NCBI GenBank assembly: GCA_030704615.1
Contig: CM060732.1
Coordinates: forward strand, 21,018,001-21,082,000
DNA: 64,000 nucleotides
From: Takakia lepidozioides
Lineage: Eukaryota; Plantae; Bryophyta
Reading direction: 5' to 3'
The notes below the pieces were generated by a model. That model had not been told where the DNA came from and did no database searches. It saw only the letters and a program-made list of their open reading frames with translations. This document shows, piece by piece, positions 12,960 to 25,176 of the stretch. The position numbers were made by a program, and so were the translations under genes. How positions within the stretch are numbered: the first letter of the stretch is position 1; the number at the start of each line of letters is the position of its first letter.

Positions 12960-15900
12960 AATACCACTGTACCCCTTCAACTTATTGGCATTGACTCTTC
13001 CCAGCATCTCTTTGTTAATGGTTTGTAACATGGCGGTGTTGTTATCATACATTTTCTGTATGACATAAGGTCCTTTCTATGGTGATTTAAGCTTAGAAGC
13101 TTTAATCTTTCCCTTCTTCTGCAACCAGAGAACCAAATCTCCCGTCTTAAAAGTCTTTAACTTGCCTTCATCAAACTGTTCCTTTCTCTTCATCTGAATT
13201 CTGGTCATGTTATCAACTGCATCAGCACGTATTTCTTCCACATGGTATAATTCATGTTTCCTGACCTTAATTGAATCTTGCAATTCCATTCTCTTTCCCC
13301 ATTCCGTTCTCATGGTAGGTAACAGGAATTCCACTGGAAGTAAAGCTTCCATACCATAAACTAATTGGAATGGTGTATACTTAGTGGTGACTTTATATGA
13401 AGTCCAGTATGACCACAAAGCTGTCAGCAGCTTTGTATCCCAATCCATTCTGTTTGCATTGACTATCTTAGCCAAGATAGTACATAGTATTTTGTTGGTA
13501 GCCTCTGCCTGCCCATTACCCTATGGGTAATACGTTGTACTCTTCTTATGCACAATCATGAACTCTTTAGTCAATAGTTCAATGGTCTCATTAATGAAGT
13601 GACTTCCCTGATCACTGATAAATTCCAAGGGACAGCCAAATCATGTAAGTATGTTCTCATATAGGAACCTTGCGGTGGACTTGGTTGTGTTGTCCCTCAA
13701 AGCTTTAGCTTCCACCCACTTCGTAGTATAATCAGTGGCTGTACCTGTTCTGTGTATTCTTGGCTGGTGGGTTAATTGGTCCAACAAAGTCTAGTCCCCA
13801 TTTCTGAAATGGTTCCGTAGGCATTGTAGGATGCAAAGCCATCTTCCCAGATCTCTGCAAAGGTCCTAGCCTCTGACATTCATCACAACTCTGACAATAC
13901 TTGTGTACATCTTTGAACAAAGTAGGCCACCAGTAACCTGCAAGTAGTATCTTCCTACTGGTAGTCTCTTCTCCAAAATGACCTCCAGCCACTCCTTTAT
14001 GAACTTCCTCCAAAACTTTATTTACTTCATGGTGGTACAAGCATCGCTTAAGTACTCCATCAGGTCCTAGCTTATACATTCTGCCTCCTACCATAGTATA
14101 AAGTAGAGCCTTGATAGCGATTCTCTTCCTTTGCTCCTTACCATAACTAGGTGGGCACTGACCATGAGTAAGGTAGTATTTGATTGGCCACTGCCAATCT
14201 AACCATTCATCTGCACTTCCTTGCTCCTCCATTACAAATAAACTCACATCAGGTAACTGATCGTCTACTCTTGTGGCGGCTTCTCCTGTTGTTAGTCGTG
14301 ACAAATGATCTGCCACAAGATGCAAACGGCCAGGCTTGTAAACAACTTCGAACTCAAACTCGTGCAAGATTATTAACCACCTCGCTATCCTTCCACTTAT
14401 CAAAGGTTTGTTCACCAGATATATCAGAGCCTGGTGATCCACATAAAACATAAACTTTCTTCCCAATAGGTAATGCCTGAATTTCTTGACTGCATAAATC
14501 ATTGCCAGTGCTTCTCTTTCAGTTGTGCTATAGTTCCTTTCAGCACTGTTCATCAACCTGCTAGCATAGTACACAGGTGAATCTATATTTCCTGTAACAT
14601 TCTGGGCTAACACTGCTCCCAATGCTTCTCCTGAGGCATCACAGTGAACATGAAATACTACATGCCAGTGAGGGTTAATCAGCACAGGTGTAGTTGTTAC
14701 TGACAATGTAAGTTCTCAAAAGCCTGTTGACATTCAGCTGTCCATGCAAACACTGCATCTTTCTTCAGAAGCTTGCTCAATGGTGCTGCTATCTGTGCAT
14801 ACCTTTTGACAAATCTTCTGTAATAACTGGTTTGCCCAAGGAATCTCCTTAGACTCTTAACATTTACTGGTGGTGGAGAGGCTTTAATGGCCTCTGTCTT
14901 CCTGGGATCCACAAGAAGCCCCTCTTACACACAATGTGTCCCAGAAGCACCCCTGAGTTCACACAGAAAGTACATTTCTCTGGATTCAGGCCCAAACCTC
15001 TCATTCTGCATCTGGCCAGACATAACTCCAACTTATGCAAGTGCTCATTCTTAGAGCTGTACACACTGAAATCATCCAAGAATACCTGCATGAAATCATC
15101 CAGATACTCATGAAAAGATTCACTTATCACTCTCTGAAAGGTTGCTGGTGCATTACAAAGTCCAAAGGGCATGACTTTGTATGCATAAGCACCCCAGTCT
15201 GTGATGAAAGCTGTCTTTCCCTGGTCTTCTTCTGCCACTTGCACTTGATTATAACCACTGAAGCCATCCATGAATGAGTACATCTCATGGCCTGCCACAG
15301 TGTCCAATACTGCTTCTGTGAATGGTAAAGGGAAATGATCTTTCTTCGTACAAGCATTCAGCTTCTTGTAGTTCACACAAACTCTTAGTTTCCCATTCTT
15401 CTTAGGAACTATCACAATGGGTGACAACCAAGTTGTATACAATGAATGATAAATAAAATCAAACTCTTGCCCCCTCTCCAAGCACCATTCTTCCAAAGCA
15501 TACACTTGATTGGTACTGACTCTGGTTCCAGTTCAATCTTATGCTGACAGATTTCAGGTGGTATCCCTTTTAGATCCTCGTAGCTCCAAGCAAATACATC
15601 TCTGTATTTGATGAACAAACTCTTAGCTTCTTCAAAGAATTCTGGCTCCAAATCAGCTCCTACCTTCACCATCCTCGGTTCCTCTTCAGTTCCCACATTC
15701 ACTTCCCTCACTTGCTCATCAGCTGTGATTGTCCAACCAGTCACCACTTCATCTTGTAAACTCACAGTGGCTGGTTCCTCTAGGATTTTCATTTCTCCTT
15801 CTCTTTCTTCATAGAAATGTGATGGGTAACTGCTGGTTTCCTCTTCAATTGGTGTTGCTGACACTACACCACAGCAGATACCTCTTAAACAACTTAGGCC

Positions 15901-16640
15901 TTCCAGCCGCATCTCTGCAACCTGCTCCCACTGGGTGTGCAGCGAACAGGGTAGCTTCCTGCTCCTCATCCAGTCCTCCCCTCCAGTCATACTCTCTGAC
16001 CCCTCGAGGTCTTCTCGTAGCAGGTAATCTACTAGATTTCTTAGTGGTAATTTGTATCTCGTGCATCCCATTATGCACAGTTAGTAACTGAGAATTCCAG
16101 TCATGGAATACCCTGGCCTGTTTCAGCCACGGACGTCCCAATAATAAGGAGTAAGCCTCCATGACTTCATCCATCTTCAACACAGTTACTGTGATCATAA
16201 AGATCATCTTCTGTATCTGTATCTTAACTCCTCTTATCAATCCCAATGGCTGTACACTTCTTTGATCTGCCATTGTTACTGTAAATGGGGCTGGTTTCAT
16301 GTTACTTAGACCAGCTTCTTCCTTAATTGGTCTGTCATGATATTTACTCCAGAGCCTCCATCTATCAGTACATCAGTTAGTTCTGTGCTTCCAATTCTCA
16401 ATTGGATTACTGGCATAGAATCATCAAAGTCCATGACTGTTTCTCGCCTGCCCTTCCGGCTTCACATTATAACTGGTCACCTTGCTGTTCAGGTCTGTGT
16501 TTCCTGTCTCCTGGGCAATTCGATTGATTGCTTGATACAGCCTGTGTCTACAATAAGGTGCCACAGCCAATAGCTGTCCAATGGTAATTTCTGCTTTGGT
16601 CTGACATATTACTTCAGCCAAAGTCCTTCATTACTTTGCA
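12960..16640 (-). pseudogene. pol: pol (protease, RT, RNase H, integrase), frameshifted
   Basis: LIDGGSGVN protease (~16370), MPFGLCNAPATFQ and FLDD (RT), CDASG/YSTTEREALA (RNase H), H..GHFG...CDECQ and WGLDFVGP (IN), GPY motif ~13070. Confidence 0.93.
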
Positions 16641-18934
16641 TGTCTGCAACTTCTTTCTCTCCTTTCATCCTCACTCACTTCTTCTTCTCCATCAGAATCG
16701 GAGGAATCTGCCACAGAATATCAGTACTCTTCTGCATTTCCCTTATGGTATCTGCCACTTCCTTGTGCAGTTCCTTCTCATCTCTCCAAGCCTCATCATC
16801 TTCAGGCATATCACTGCCATCTTCATTATCATCATCTTCCTCAACTACTGGAGGTATTAGTTTGGCTTTGCTTCTTGTTACTATCATTGTACTTACTTCT
16901 GGTACAACACATGGCCTAACCATGTGGAGCTGCCACCACTGGGCCCTCATTCACAGGAGCCTCATCTCATTCTGGTGTCTAATCCAGAACGAACAGGCTG
17001 CCTTGCGATGTCCTGGCTGATTACATAGTAACACAGTTCTTTCACCATTGGGGTCCTCGCCCTTGGTCTGCTCTTGGATTATTTCTGTAATCCTGATTCC
17101 CTGGCTGGTAATTCCCCCTTGGATTACCCTGATAGTTGCCTCTGGAATTTCCTTGGTAATTCCCTCTTGAATTACCTCTCCCTTCCATGCCATTGTTATA
17201 ACCACCAGGCCTACCATAGTGGTCCTGATCATTGTTTCTTCTTCTCGGCTGGGGCTGCACTTGATGCACCCTTATTTGTCTAGGTTCTCTTGCTGTTGTC
17301 CTTCTGTTGTAGTAACAATTCTCAGTAGAATGGTTATCCATTTTACAGATAGTACAATGTTTCTCCTTCATGTGGCATTCAGTGGTGGTATGGCCTTCAT
17401 TCTGGCACTTTGCACACCAAACACCCTTCCTCCAATGTGTTGCAGCCTCTGTGGCATACTTCTTCAAGATTTACTTCTAATCTTTTCTCATAGTTATCCC
17501 TCTTCAACTTCTCCTTTCTCTTACTCTTCCTTTTCAGTTCTTGCTCTTCTTCTTCATCTGACTCATCCTCAAGTCCTCATCATCCCTTTTCTCTCTCCTG
17601 AGCATTCCCAATTGCTCAATTCTGTTTGCAGTTTCAAATGCCTCCTCACTGTATTATGGGGTAACATATCCACTTTCTTCTGCAACTCTGGTCTTAGTCC
17701 CACTCACAAACCAAGTCTTCTGTAAACCTGGTGCTGGTACAGCAACCAGCTTTTTCATCATCAATTCCATCTTTTCCATATACTCCTCAACAGTTTCATG
17801 CTTCTTTTGCTTTAACTGTTGTAAACTTCCATACACTTCATCCTCAGTTTTACTTGTCCTGAACCTATTTTGGAATGCTGTATTCAAGCCATTCCAGGTT
17901 AGGAAATGATTATCAGGGAATCTTGCATACCATTCACTTGCTTTCTTGATAAGTGAACAAGGAAACAATCTCATCTTGGCATCATCGCCATTCTCATTGT
18001 TCACTATACACATGTGCTCAAATTGGCTAATGTGTACATCGGGATCCCTTTTTCCTGAATATATTGGAAAAGGTGGTTTTGCCCGTGTTGGTTGTAACGC
18101 CATCTGTGGCCCTACCTTCTGCCCACTGACAGGTGCTGGTACCCTTGCTGGTGCTGGTCCTTGAGGACCTGTTGTTTGTGGTGGATCTTCCACCAAGTGG
18201 TGGCCCCTAAGCACTCCTTGCTACTGGCCCCACGATATTCACAGTATTCCCAGCTCCAGTTGCACTACTTCCCACACTCCCTGTCTCCCCAGAGCCAGAT
18301 CCAGGCAACCCGCCTGATCCCCCTGAGCCGACACCTTCGTTGGCCTGTGATCCAAGTGCTCTCCACTTGATCCAGGTCCAACGGGTTGGGATGTCCTGGT
18401 TGTAGTCTCAACTCAGCTGTTGGGTCTACTTCTTCATACTCTTCTCTTCCAATTTCTTCTCTCTGTTTTCATCCTCCAAGTTCTGCCATTGGGTTTCTTC
18501 TTCACTCATGTAACTCAACTGCAATGGTGTTGGAGAGTCTGAACTCTCCGTTGGCTCTGCCACATCCTCCTCTCCTCTTTCTTCACCTTCCACTTCAGAA
18601 ACTGGAGTTCCTGCTTTTGGTGTTCCATGCCAACTCTTATCAAAGATTTCTGTCAAATCTTTTATCCAGGGATGTACCTCAGATCTTTCACCTCGTGATT
18701 GATCTTCTTCTCGTACCAATTCCCTTAATCTTTCTTGCAAAGAAAAAGAAGGAGTGGCATCCACTCTAGTTCTTCCGGTATGGGTGATGTACTCCCTGAT
18801 CTTAATGGTGTGAGAGGTCCAGATGATTCCCCTATGTCTATTCCTCTCTCCCAAAGATATGGATAATTAGCTTTCAGATAGCTTTCTCTTTTTGCTGAAT
18901 ATCTCTGGAGTCTAGCTTCTCTTTCATCACTCAT
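16640..18934 (-). pseudogene. gag: gag with long N-terminal extension and up to three CCHC knuckles
   Basis: Capsid-like LFPCSL..ASEWY...LKQKKHETVEEY; knuckles CAKCQNEGHTTTEC, CTICKMDNHSTENC and a degenerate CNQPGHRKAAC. Confidence 0.85.
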
Positions 18935-19528
18935 GTCCCATGTCTTTCATTTCTTTTAATGTGGCAATAACCAAAACTCTCTTCTTAAATCTCTCGTATA
19001 TGCCTGGGTTTCTTTCAAGCTTCAATGCACCCTTGGCTGTACTAGAAGTCTCCGTTACCATATAACCATATGGCAAACAAGTCTGGAAAGTTGTTCTTGG
19101 TGTGAGTTTGATCCACAGAATATCCTTTGGAATCCAATTCTTTACCAGTATAAGCTCTTCATGCATATGAGTATAAACATTCACCTTTCTTTCCTCCTAG
19201 CCTTCAAACTCTACTCGCTTGATGGATAGCAATGTTATCACATAAACCAGTGTTGGTAACCAACGTGCTCTTCCTCTACAGGCCACCTGATAAATCTTTA
19301 TCACTCCTCCTTCTCCAGACCCCATTCAGGGTCAGCATCATGCACTCTCTTAAAATGTTTTCTTTACAACCGTCTGGCAATTCCAAGAACCTCTGAAAGA
19401 ATCGTTTGGACAATCTTTCCTTCTCGGTTTCACAGGGAATTTGATTCACATGGAATCAAATTCTTTAATTCTCTATCCACCATGATCCCACCAGATGCCT
19501 GTCACATCTGGTTGTTCATGACCCAGTT

Positions 19529-19546
19529 CCCCAGTATGGTCGCCAA
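19529..19546 (-). other. Primer binding site (probably tRNA-Arg type)
   Basis: Minus strand TGGCGACCATACTGGGG lies directly inside the 5' LTR; tRNA identity inferred from similarity to Tat/Ogre-type PBS. Confidence 0.7.
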
Positions 19547-19547
19547 A

Positions 19548-20564
19548 TGTCGAGCGGCTTTTACTCACCCATCCCTTCGCTATCCGAGGTGGGAACTCCA
19601 AGATAGAAGAGTTGGAAATCTCTAAGCACTCAGCCCGCTCAGAACAATCAGTCATGACCTACAGCTAGTGTATCATGGGGGTGTTTTCTATTTGTACTCC
19701 TTCTCACATTCATGTTAGCGAGTTACCTTACTATCTGCAATTAAGTATCAGTTTGCTTCAGAAATCTATCAAGTTCCCATCAATTCATTCCACAACTTCA
19801 CTCAGGTCTCTCTACACAGTGTGAGTATGAAGTAGTATCCGATTAATATCTACAAGTATCAGGCTGAAGCCATGGTGTCTCTAATCTACTACTTGGCATT
19901 ACAATTCTAACATCTACAGCTTGCATTCATCAAGTAACAACAAGATCGTCACTTCTCCTACTCAAAGATGTGCTCTTCCCTTCTATTTCCCCAAGCCCTG
20001 ATGTCCGAAGTCCCCTCCCGTGAAGTGATGTCTCGACGTCCCCGCTCTTTCGCTTTTTCTACCTACAAGCTGTTCTAACTACTTTCCTAACTAACCGTCA
20101 TCCCTGTAGTACACGTTCTTTTTTCAGATGTCGTTCCCCCACCGTCGTTCCCTGCCAATGATACTGTTCCCCAGCTGTGCCGAGCTGTGACTGGCTGTAT
20201 CAGGCTGTGGCGGGCTGTGACTGGCTGTGTCGGGCTGTGTAGGGTTGTGCGAAGCTGTGGCGGCTGTATCGGGCTGTGACTGGCTGTGTTGGGCTGTGTC
20301 AACTGTGCGAAGCTGTGACGGCTGTGTCTGACTATGTCGGCTGTAACGGCTGTGTCGGCTTTGTTGGACTGTGATGGGCTGTGACGGCTGTGACGGGCTG
20401 TGTTGACTATGACTGGCTGTGTTGGACTGTGACGAGCTGTGTATCTCCCCCCCTAAAGCCTGTGTTGTCACCCCTAAGGCTCCTGTTGGTCTCAGTCTGT
20501 ATAAAAATTAAGGGTACCCCACAGATCCCGTAAAAGCGTCTAAGTCCCAAGCAGCCCTCTAACA
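19548..20564 (-). repeat. 5' LTR of the gypsy element
   Basis: Matches 7285-8271 with scattered substitutions and small indels. Confidence 0.95.
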
Positions 20565-20569
20565 TGGAC

Positions 20570-22137
20570 TAGCAAGGCTTCTGCAGGGCATGGACAAGAA
20601 ACATGACGGACACCCTTGGTGCATGACAAAAACGTCGAACATCCACAATGACATTGGATTGAAATTTTGAAGGTCGGTCTGCGTTGGGCATTGTAAGTGC
20701 GTGAATATTTCTTGCCCTCACCTGAGAAACAGCGCTAAACCAAACGAAAGTGAGTGGGAAGGTGTGCCCCTGAATCCTTTCACCCCAGGGCTTGCCCCTC
20801 CCAAGACCAATATTTTTGTGTGCAAGTTCTGCAAACTTTCCCCGTCTTGTGCTTCTGTGTGCCACGCTCATATGTACCAGGTGGCACACCGATGCAAGAC
20901 AATGACTCGTGCCTGCATTCATATGGGTACACACGAGCATCCTGTGTCCAAAGGAAGTTGCAGGGATAGCGTGGATATCGCTAGAAATCTGCTGAAGCAG
21001 GAGTTCCACAATGCCACTTGTGCAACACCTTCTGCTATAGCGCTTGCAGCTAGCAAGGCATTCCTGGAAAAACACATACTGGGTGAAGGGGATGTGACAC
21101 AACCAATGCTGGAAGCAGATTCGCTTGAGGCAGTGATGGACCATTTCTCCGTGTTGAGCTCTCCCAATATTCGAAACCAGGTGAATGCACTCAAAATGGG
21201 CACAAGCACTGCTGGATTCATGGACAACATCATGCACCTCATACGGAGGAGTCGCTATGAATTCATTCAAAACAGTATCTTCCCTGGCCAGGGCTCGTCC
21301 AAGGTGTATTTGTTCCAGATGTCCACAGTGGGCAAAGGCAGTGGTTTGAGCATTGTTCGCCGAATGCAACCTGGAGGAGATTTGGCAAAATGTTGGTTAA
21401 TGTTTGATCGCTGCAAACGGGTGAAGGGTTGGACAACCATGGCGTGCCATGTGTACGATCCAGCGTACCAACGTATGCTCTCCATAGCAATTTGTGATAT
21501 GCAGTCGGAGGACACTGAATCCCAGATGCTCATGTGGAATTCGCTCCTGGCCGTCATGCAGTGCAATGGAATACAGAACACAAATTTTGCGAGCTTCATG
21601 GCTGATAGTGCACAGGCAAATTTCAATGCAGTGCGACGCGTATTTGGTTCGGGGGATCCTAAGGTCCCAATGGAAAATAGGGAGCACACATGCCTCTTCC
21701 ATTGGAGTCAATCTCTGGCACGTCATACAAAGCGCTGCATTCGCCCTGACCTTTAGTTGGAGCATAGAAGGCTCTGCCTCAAGTACAAAAATGCCACCTC
21801 AATGGGAGAAGCTGAGAGCACTTACGAAGCAATCCGGGCTTGGTGGTTCTCCTCTGGTGCTGCTACTGGTATCCATCTAAAGGAGTTGGAGGACTGGTTG
21901 GTTTTCTGGCACTTCAGGTACAGACAGTGGGGAGCTTTCATGACGACGGTAAGTCTCTTCAATCCCAGAAACACAAATTTCACTTTGCATCATGCCTTTT
22001 CATTTGGGGTTGTTGGATTGTCACTTGCAGAACCTCTTCCATTTCTTTTCGTTCCTCACATTTCCATGCAATGCCTCCTGCAGGACATGTCATTGGAGGA
22101 CTTGGCCGACATGCCATCCTGTAATTTGGCGGAGACT
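20570..22137 (+). pseudogene. MULE-like DDE transposase, N-terminal and catalytic part (GCM/WRKY-like Zn domain plus DDE core)
   Basis: DGHPW..C.GH.KC.N..C...CKFC...HEHP; WLMFD, FMADSAQA, CLFHW (CxxH) and SCNLAET. Intron 21949-22083; premature stops; ends abruptly after NLAET. Confidence 0.8.
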
Positions 22138-23497
22138 GGTTGGTTAGGTTTCTTTAACCAGCCATAACTTCATGTGGTTAAGGCTGATTGGCCTTTTTTT
22201 TGGCTCACTCGACAGATAATCGGGTCCCCCTTCATATGGCATTGGCCAATTGATCAATGCCTGAAGGGGTATGGGTCTGGACCAATTGGAAGGGGGCACA
22301 CTCAGCTTTTTGAGGCCAATTTGGCCCCCCTAACCTGCCCAAGTTGCTGACATGGCAACTGCGGTCAGGTTAGGGTGACTGAAAGATACCCCATAAAGGT
22401 TAGGGCGGCACGCCCAAACCCCTTGATTGCCCGGCAGGGGCATGGCGCCCGGCGCAGGTCTGGGCATTCCCAGGCCTGGGCCCTAGCCTGAATCCACGGC
22501 GATGGCAGCTCCGGCTAACACCATGCAGGGCGGGCTGGAGGGAGTGCAGCCGCGATGGCGGCAGAGCTCGGGGCTCGAGAAAAACGCCATGAGGGGTGGG
22601 CCAAACCTAGGGCGGGGGTTTGAGAGGGTTGAGGGTGGAGTGGCCCCCCATGAAAGCAGGGCCGGGTAGCTAGAGGAGCTGCCAAACCCTGCGCCCTTCT
22701 GGGCTACGGCTCCAAATATCCTAGGGGATCCAAACACAAGAAAATCAAGACTGGCTATGGCATAGATTCTCCTCTTCTGACCCACCACCCAGCCATCTCC
22801 GTGAAACTCCCTTCCTCGATGCCTTTGTAGAAGCGCAGTGCACATGGTCGGCTGATATAAGTAGCTTTTCCCCAACGGCTTCAGAAAAGACCACCAGATC
22901 AAGGACCCAATGCTGATTCATGGCATCTCTGCCACTAATTGAAGACATCTCTGCTGTTCGGGTCCGTGCTCAGAAAATAATGCAGTATAAACAACAAATG
23001 ACACACGATGATGGATGACCCACCACTGAATGAAGACATCTTTGCAGTTGGTCAGGTCTCTTATCCAAAAAACATGCAGTATAAAAAACAAATGGCACAC
23101 AATGATAAAGGTGCTTTGGATGTTAAATGTGCGCAAGATGATGTTTGTGCGGTGGATGATGTCGATGGATGATTGATGATGTCGGTCGATGATTCATGAT
23201 GTCGGTGCGTTGTATGATGCACATGTGCTGATGAAAAACGTTGACAGTTAGGGTTTTTACAATGTACATGTACCCCCCAATATTATGGAGGTCATTTATA
23301 AGTATATCACATAACCAATAAGACCTTATATATAACCTTAGATAACATAGGTTGTCAGAGTTGTAGACGTTGTATACATGTATCATTAATATACAATAGA
23401 CAATGGTAGCAATCATCGGCACCCTTGTTGCTTTGCCATTCAAATTGGTCGGATCACGTACCTGACATCTTGGAGGTATGCTTGGCATGTTAGTTTT

Positions 23498-24116
23498 TGT
23501 CACGGACATAGCCCAGAGCAACTTACCAGGAGTAAATACCAGAAATCACCAAGTTACGGAAAGTTACCATGACTTATCGTGATTTACCATGATCTACCAT
23601 GATTTATCATTATTTACCAAGTTACCGGGAGTTTACCAAATTACCAAGAGTAACTTGGGAAACTACTCAGGAAGCTTCCTTTGGAGGAAACTTCTCCATC
23701 AAGATACATCTTTTGTTTAAGGAAGATTCTCCATCAAGAAACCTTTGTTTAATCTTGGAAACTTCTCCAGCAAGAAACCTCCATATGGGAAGCTTCTTGG
23801 GGACGCTTCTTAGTAGCCTGTATATATAGGAGGCGAGACTGGACACTCTTCAGTCTCGCCAACACAACTTCAAGCTACTCGTTCCAAGTCCAGTATCCAG
23901 TCCAGTTTCCAGTATCTGGTATTCCAGTCCAGTTCCCAGCGTTCAAGTATCCGAGTCGAGTTCCAGTATTTTGTACTCTTGTCCATTGTTATAAAGATCA
24001 TCTTGATTCATGTTCACCTACCATGCATTCGGCCACACCAACCTTGACTGCTTGTCTAGTCTTGTACATCTAGTCTGATCTCTTGTTTATGTTCTGTCAT
24101 GTTCTCGTCCTTAACA
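23498..24116 (+). repeat. 5' LTR of the chromovirus
   Basis: tgtcacggacata...ccttaaca; TATATATA at 23821; ttacc and ccagt micro-repeats. Confidence 0.95.
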
Positions 24117-24133
24117 GTTCGGCGAGACTAAAG
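24117..24133 (+). other. Self-priming-type PBS
   Basis: gttcggcgagactaaag lacks TGG and is complementary to cttcagtctcgccaac (23848-23863), ~30 nt after the LTR TATA box. Confidence 0.75.
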
Positions 24134-24154
24134 TTTGTTCTTTAGTTAGTTAAG

Positions 24155-25176
24155 ATGGAAGCATTTGCGGAAATGGTCACCACATTGCAGAGTCTTCAGC
24201 TCCAGATGCAAGAACTTCGTACATCTACCGCCCAATCGCAAGCTGATCAGTCTCAAGATCTTGGCAACGCTCTCCACAATTTGCAGCAACAAATTTCAGA
24301 GTTAAAGGAGTCGAACAATGGATCTTCAACCATACGAGTCCCTACTGCAACGGTTCCTCTTCAACAAATTACGATAGAACCAAAGATTAACATGCCCGAT
24401 AAATTTGATGGGACGAGATCAAGATTTCGCGGTTTTATTCAACAAGTACGACTGTTCCTATGACTACATCCACGACGTTATCCTGATGAAGGTATTCAAG
24501 TGGGATTCGTGGACACCCTTCTGTCAGGCACTGCCCTATCTTGGTTTGCACCGCTATTAGAAAAAAAATCGCATTTACTTACAATTTTGAAGCATTCATG
24601 TCCGAGTTCACTGTAACGTTTGGAGAAAATGATAGAGAGAGAGTTGTAGAAACAAAGATGCGAAATCTTCGACAAGGAGCACGTCCTGCTTCCGTTTATG
24701 CTGCCAAATTTCGACAACTTGCGTGCGATCTCGACTGGAATGAGAAGAGCCTCATTAGTCAGTTTCGATGTGGACTAAAAGATGATATAAAAGATTTGTT
24801 GCTGACAATGCCAAACGTGAGCACACTGAGTGAATTCATCACCCAAGTCATTGCATGCGATAATCGTTTGTTCGAAAGACATCAAAAGAAGCAATTTGGA
24901 TGGTCTACGACGCATCATGTCACTGCTACTACGACACCAAACACAACGATCCATCAGACATCCAGTAGTGATCCTATGAAGATTGATGCTGTCCGATTCA
25001 AGCCATTGACGCCACAAGAAAAACAAAGGCGACGCTCGAATGGATTATGCCTCTATTGCGGAGAAGAAGATCGCATAGCATTAAACTGCCCCAACAAGAG
25101 AAGATTCAAAGCTCGGGGCACAACTCAAGTGTTCGATACGAGGAGGTCAGAAAACGAAGATGTCCAATCACAGTAG
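24155..25176 (+). pseudogene. gag: gag (PEG10/Ty3-like capsid plus degenerate CCHC)
   Basis: MPDKFDGTRSRFRGF, LRQGARPASVY, PMKID, GLCLYCG; one stop and one frameshift. Confidence 0.9.

Larger units (their letters stand above)
7285..20564 (-). mobile_element. Full-length degenerate Ty3/gypsy LTR retrotransposon, non-chromovirus (Phygy/Athila/Tat-like)
   Basis: Paired ~1-kb LTRs with TG...CA ends, 5-bp TSD TGGAC (7280-7284 / 20565-20569), PBS, PPT, and gag-PR-RT-RH-IN order. Confidence 0.95.
1607..22137. mobile_element. Rearranged Mutator-like (MULE-related) DNA transposon carrying a ParB-fold gene; interrupted by a gypsy element
   Basis: Starts where the duplication homology ends, with GC-rich hairpin motifs. 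Contains transposase halves (7150-22137 +, 2025-3400 -), ParB-like gene and palindrome array. Right terminus and TSD not found. Confidence 0.6.
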
